From IMG/VR virus record IMGVR_UViG_3300036821_000136, positions 32,001 to 96,000 of that record: a stretch of DNA of 64,000 bases, one strand, 5' to 3'. A model generated the notes under the pieces. That model was not told the DNA's origin. It saw nothing but the letters and a program-made list of their open reading frames with translations, and made no database searches. The stretch's first letter is position 1. Every line of letters starts with the position of its first letter. The stretch comes from a virus (lineage: Duplodnaviria; Caudoviricetes). Both the position numbers and the translations under genes were made by a program. Below are positions 59,977 through 64,000 of the stretch, one piece after another.

Positions 59977-60654
59977 CTACGACCGGGCCGGCCTCGGCTT
60001 AGCGGGCGGGATGCCGAGGACGTCCAGGGCGGTGATCCAGTCCGCGGCGATCGCCTGCTGCGCGGATTCGAGGCGGTCCTGCGCGTCGGCCGGGGTCCGG
60101 CACCCGGCGGACAGCTCGCCCTCGGCCACCGCTTTGACGCACCCGCACACCCAGGCGTGCAGGGCATTCTCGGCCTGGTCCTTGGGGTTCGGCGTCGGCG
60201 GCGGCTCGGGCCACAGGTTCGTCGCGTCGTTGGACCCGCCGAGCTGCAGGGACACCAGGTGGTCCAGCTCGGTCTTGGTGTCCGGCGCGAGGCCGTAGGC
60301 GGGATATGCCTGCTGGTACTTGAACCGGGTCGTCTCCGACGACGACGGCCGGTAGGTGCGGGTGGTGTATCCCTTGGCGCACAGCACGGCGGCGGTGACG
60401 GCCGGGTCGATGGAGCCGGGGGTGCAGGCCGGGTCGGGCAGCTCGCCGCCGGCGCTGGCGTGGCACCAGTGCCCCCTGGCGGGTTCGCCGAGGGTGCCGG
60501 TGACGTCGCCGGGGTTGTGCACGCGGGTCAGCGGCGGGGCCGCCGCGGCCGGGGACACCAGCGATTCCGACGGTGCCGGCGCGGAGCCGGCGGTGCTGGT
60601 GCAGCCGGCCGCGGCGGCGGCGGCCAGGGCGGCGATCGCCAGGCGTGCCCTCAT
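59977..60654 (-). CDS. Lipoprotein with HNH-like nuclease motif
   Basis: Lipobox AAAGC; ELDHLVSLQLGGSN...NLWPE...KD..EN.LH..VC. Confidence 0.7.
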   Translation of the reverse strand: MRARLAIAALAAAAAAGCTSTAGSAPAPSESLVSPAAAAPPLTRVHNPGDVTGTLGEPARGHWCHASAGGELPDPACTPGSIDPAVTAAVLCAKGYTTRTYRPSSSETTRFKYQQAYPAYGLAPDTKTELDHLVSLQLGGSNDATNLWPEPPPTPNPKDQAENALHAWVCGCVKAVAEGELSAGCRTPADAQDRLESAQQAIAADWITALDVLGIPPAKPRPARS

Positions 60655-60663
60655 GGTCCCCCG

Positions 60664-61110
60664 TTACCACACCTGGCTGAGCAGCAGGAAGTCGGCGCTG
60701 GTCGAAAAGCAGTGCTGCTCGCCGCCGGTCGCCGGCATCGGCACGTAGGACGGGTCGGAGAAGTTGCCGGCGACCAGCACCGTGACGCCGGTGCCGCCGC
60801 ACGGCTCCGGGCTGCCGCCCAGGGTCTGCCAGGCGTTGGCCAGCGCGGTCGCGCCCGCCTCGGCCGCCTCGATCGTCCCGGCGTACACGTGGGCGGTGAT
60901 CCGCGCCGTCGACGGGTCGATCGCCTCGGCGACGACCCCGACCGACGACTGGCCGGGCTCGCGGATCAGCAGCGCGTACGCGCCGGCCGCCGGGGACCGC
61001 GGCTGGCGGCCGTTGAGGTAGGCGCCGAGCGCCAGCGGCCCCCCGGCGGCGGTCAGGTCGGCCCGGGCGTTGATCCACGCGCGGATCGCGGTCTCGGCGG
61101 CGACAGCCAC
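60664..61110 (-). CDS. Tail terminator-like protein
   Basis: Size and position upstream of the major tail gene. Confidence 0.6.
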   Translation of the reverse strand: MAVAAETAIRAWINARADLTAAGGPLALGAYLNGRQPRSPAAGAYALLIREPGQSSVGVVAEAIDPSTARITAHVYAGTIEAAEAGATALANAWQTLGGSPEPCGGTGVTVLVAGNFSDPSYVPMPATGGEQHCFSTSADFLLLSQVW

Positions 61111-61122
61111 GGCCCCTCCCGG

Positions 61123-61578
61123 TCAGCGGATGACGATGCGGCGGCCGTTCAGCGCCTCCGCGGCCGGCGCGATGAACGGGTGCGCCGCGGTGCCCGGATG
61201 GTCGACGTGCGGGCCGAAATACTGGCCGGTGACCGCGTTGCGCAGCGACCACGGGCCGAGCGCGTCAATGCTGTGCGGGCCGGTGCCCAGCTCGATCATC
61301 GGGCCGAGGAACTCCCCCGAGGCGGTGCGGTCGGTCGGGCCGACGATGTAGCCGCCGTCCGGCAGCCGCAGCCGGCGGATCGAGGACCGCAGGGTGCCGG
61401 ACCTGCGGGCTGGCCAGCGGCGGGTCGCGGGCCGGTCGGCCGGCGCGACCGGGCAGCGGCGCTTCATCTCGTTGACCAGCTGCCCGGCCAGCAGCTCCAT
61501 GCCCTGCGCGACCGCGCCGCCCGCGCTCGTCGCCGACAGCCTGATCGCGGCGTCGTCCCAGACGATCTCGATGCTCAC
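61123..61578 (-). CDS. HK97 gp10-like tail completion/neck protein
   Basis: RCPV..SGTLRSSI, IELGT..H.I, VDHPGT..HPFI.PA. Confidence 0.75.
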   Translation of the reverse strand: MSIEIVWDDAAIRLSATSAGGAVAQGMELLAGQLVNEMKRRCPVAPADRPATRRWPARRSGTLRSSIRRLRLPDGGYIVGPTDRTASGEFLGPMIELGTGPHSIDALGPWSLRNAVTGQYFGPHVDHPGTAAHPFIAPAAEALNGRRIVIR

Positions 61579-61640
61579 GGTGGGTCTCCTGTCTCGGTGA
61601 CGGCCGCGCGGCAGGCGGCGGCCGGGCGTAGCCCGCCGGG

Positions 61641-61811
61641 CTACACCCGCGGCGACCGGTAGTAGCCGCCCCGGTGCCAGCCCCACGCCACCTCCACCGC
61701 CACCGCTATCAGCCCGATGATCAGCAGCCATATCTGGGCGCTGGCGTGCGTGTTCGTCAGCCTGAAAACGGCAGCGACCACTCCGCAGATGAACGCGACG
61801 ACAGCGAACAT
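61641..61811 (-). CDS. Small membrane protein
   Basis: GGAGAGG RBS; two TMs (MFAVVAFICG...). Confidence 0.5.
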   Translation of the reverse strand: MFAVVAFICGVVAAVFRLTNTHASAQIWLLIIGLIAVAVEVAWGWHRGGYYRSPRV

Positions 61812-61835
61812 GCCAACCTCCTCCGGGCCGGGTTC

Positions 61836-62255
61836 CTATCTCGGGCGCCGGGCCTTGACGTGGACGACGCGCAGCACCGGGCGGCGGGCCTTGACGCGGG
61901 CGACGGCGGGATGCCGGGGACGGCGGGCCTTGACGCGGACCGGGGGCAGGTGCAGCGGCCGGGCCTTCGGCGGCCGGGCGGTGCCGCGGGCCAGCGCCGC
62001 GGCGTGGTGCGCGGCGATCGCGGCCCGGACCTGCGCCCCCGTGGCGTGGGCGCGGCGGGGCCGGGCGGCGCGGCGGGCCGGGCGGCGGGCGCGGTGCCGG
62101 GCAGCGCGATGGTGCGCGGGTACCCGGCGGCGGTGCCTGACACGGTGGTGCTGCACCCGGGCGCGCCGGTGCTGCACCCGGGCCCGGTGGGCGGGACGGC
62201 GGCGGCGGCGGGCGGCGCGGCGGCGGCGGTGGCGGGGTTTGGCGGCCCAGGTCAC
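61836..62255 (-). CDS. Protamine-like Arg/His-rich protein
   Basis: GTGA coupling to the upstream gene; no acidic residues; VKARRP x3. Confidence 0.55.
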   Translation of the reverse strand: MTWAAKPRHRRRRAARRRRRPAHRARVQHRRARVQHHRVRHRRRVPAHHRAARHRARRPARRAARPRRAHATGAQVRAAIAAHHAAALARGTARPPKARPLHLPPVRVKARRPRHPAVARVKARRPVLRVVHVKARRPR

Positions 62256-62749
62256 AGCGGGCCCTGGTCGATCCCGCCGAAGTAGATCGCCAGCGGCAGC
62301 GTGTAGTCGCCGGGGTCCTTGTCGGCGTAGACCGGCGGGTTCGGCGCCGACCAGAACGGCACCTGCTCGACGAACCCCTCGCCCAGTGCCTCCAGCAGGT
62401 GCACCAGCTGGGCCATCGAGTCCTTGGCCCGCTGGTCCAGCTCGGCGTAGACGGCGACGTCGGCGTCGCGGTTGGGGTAGGCGAGCTCGATGTCGGCGGC
62501 CGCGCGCCACTCCGCTGCGGCGCGGGCGGCGGTCAGCAGCCCCGCCTCGGTCTCATCCAGCGGCCCGGTCTCCGACAAGATGAACTGCACCGCGCCGTCG
62601 ATGACCGCCTGGGCGGCGGCGTTGTCCGGGGTGGTGCTGGCGGTGAACGTGCCGAGCAGCGCGTCGGAGCCGGGGGTCTTGGTGTCGCGGGTGCGGGTCG
62701 GGATGTGCCGGGCCACGTCGTCCAGCGCCGGCGCCCACGCCTCGGCCAT
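62252..62749 (-). CDS. Head-to-tail adaptor-like protein
   Basis: WAP.LDDVA..I.TRT...GTFT..T.P...AA..IE..Y; position after the capsid region. Confidence 0.65.
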   Translation of the reverse strand: MAEAWAPALDDVARHIPTRTRDTKTPGSDALLGTFTASTTPDNAAAQAVIDGAVQFILSETGPLDETEAGLLTAARAAAEWRAAADIELAYPNRDADVAVYAELDQRAKDSMAQLVHLLEALGEGFVEQVPFWSAPNPPVYADKDPGDYTLPLAIYFGGIDQGPL

Positions 62750-62762
62750 TGCCAGGACCTCC

Positions 62763-63782
62763 TTAGTAGTTCGCCACGACGGGGACGTCCCCGCCCGGGC
62801 CCTGCACGACCGGCTTGCCCGCCGCCGGGTGGCCCGCCTTCTTCTCGGCCTCGCGGGCGGACGCGGCGCCGCCGAGGGCGAGCGCCGCGGCGGTGAAGTC
62901 GGCGGCGCTGCCCGCCGCCATCACCGGCCGCAGCGCGCCGCAGGCCCGCAGCGTCGCGCGGACCGCCTGGTCGGCGGCGGTGGTCGCGGCGGGCAGCACG
63001 TCGAACGTGCCGTAGGCCGCCGGGGTGCCGTTGGTGGTGACCGTCAGCGGCATCATCGCCTGGTCGGCCAGCGTCGCCGTCATCGCGGGCTACCGGCCGA
63101 ACTGGGCGGCAAGCTGGTCGCGGCTCATCGACTCGGCGACGCCCCGGTCCGCCTGGCCGCTGGCCACGGCGTACTCCACCCAGGCGGTCTTGGACGCGTT
63201 CGGCGCCGGCCGCCGCGGCGCCACGCCGCCCGGGGCCATCACCGCCGGCCCGGGCTCGCCCTCGCCGTCGGCCTGCTCGCCGGCCTCGTCGCCGGCCTGG
63301 CCGCCGGCCGGCTCGCCGTGCTCGTCGCCGTGCTCGCCGCCGGGCGGGGTCACCACCGGCTGCGCGACGGGGGTGCCGGCCAGCTCCGCGGCGGCCGCGC
63401 CGGGCTCGTTGGCGTACGGCGGCGCGGCGGTGTCATCGTCGCGGACGCCTTCACGCCCGCCCGGCGGCCCGATGACGACCGGGCTGCCGTGCGTGGAGGT
63501 CAGCGTCGGCGGGTGCTCGCCGGCCTGCGGGTCCGGCTCGTACGCGGCCGACGCGGTGGCGGCCAGCTCGGCCCGGGCGGTCGCCTGGCTGGCCAGTTCC
63601 TCGGGGGTGTAGACGACCTCGACGGTGCGCAGCGCGCCGCCCAGCCGCAGCAGCGACCGGGCCGCCGCCTCCTCGTCGCTGGCCGGGTCGGGCAGCAGCT
63701 CGCCCCGCTTGTAGTTGACGCTGCCCTTCTCGGGGTGCGGGACGTTCACGCTCGCCCACACGGCCTGATCCTGGATCGGCAT
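62763..63782 (-). CDS. Two head-region genes (63090-63782 with C-terminal WVEYA..MSRDQL motif; 62763-63083)
   Basis: AGGAGG RBS; located between the capsid gene and the adaptor. Confidence 0.6.
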
Positions 63783-63837
63783 GGGGATCCTCCTGGTAGT
63801 GGTCTGCCGCGGCCTTGCCTGGCCGGCGGTGTGCGGG

Positions 63838-64000
63838 CTACTGGCCGGTCGTGCCGCTGATCGCGGCGATCGCGTTGGGCTCCTGGATGATCGGGACGAC
63901 CGGGCGGCGGCCGCGGATGAGCCACTGGTCGTTCGCCGACGGGTCGCGGCGGGTCCAGCTCTCGACGCCGTTGGCGGGGTCGCCCGCGTACTCGGGGGAC
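63838..64000 (-). CDS. 3' end of probable major capsid protein (truncated by window)
   Basis: ...VESWTRRDPSANDQWLIRGRRPVVPIIQEPNAIAAISG* resembles an HK97-fold C-terminus, and its position fits. Confidence 0.6.
   Translation of the reverse strand, partial: SPEYAGDPANGVESWTRRDPSANDQWLIRGRRPVVPIIQEPNAIAAISGTTGQ

Noticed and set aside
1-64000. tRNA or rRNA genes
   Set aside because: None recognisable by eye; tRNAscan-SE or Infernal would be needed to exclude them.

Overview
A very GC-rich window that reads as most of the genome of a temperate actinobacterial siphovirus, or a phage-plasmid. Positions 1-4300 hold an HTH replication-initiator-like gene beside iteron-like repeats, a Cro-like HTH, and a YqaJ/RecT recombination pair. 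Positions ~4.3-34 kb hold ~70 mostly small accessory genes: HNH, DUF6884, ArdC-like, Mom-like, GIY-YIG, ATP-dependent ligase, cold-shock domain, and a P450-MFS-TraB/GumN-like operon. These are organised in cassettes behind 11 copies of an AT-rich promoter motif, most with a helically phased CRP-like upstream box. Positions 34.3-43.8 kb resemble an actinomycete conjugation locus: GntR/Kor-like repressor, DUF2637 protein, VirD4/TraG-like ATPase, clt-like 8-bp repeats, FtsK/TraB-like translocase and a short tyrosine recombinase. Positions 45-64 kb (minus strand) hold the lysis and virion genes, from holin and GH25 endolysin through tail, tape measure and head-tail genes to the 3' end of the probable major capsid gene. 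The most striking points are a conjugation-type DNA-transfer module inside an apparently intact phage, and the stereotyped promoter/cassette architecture. All family calls come from recognising motifs by eye; no database searches were run.
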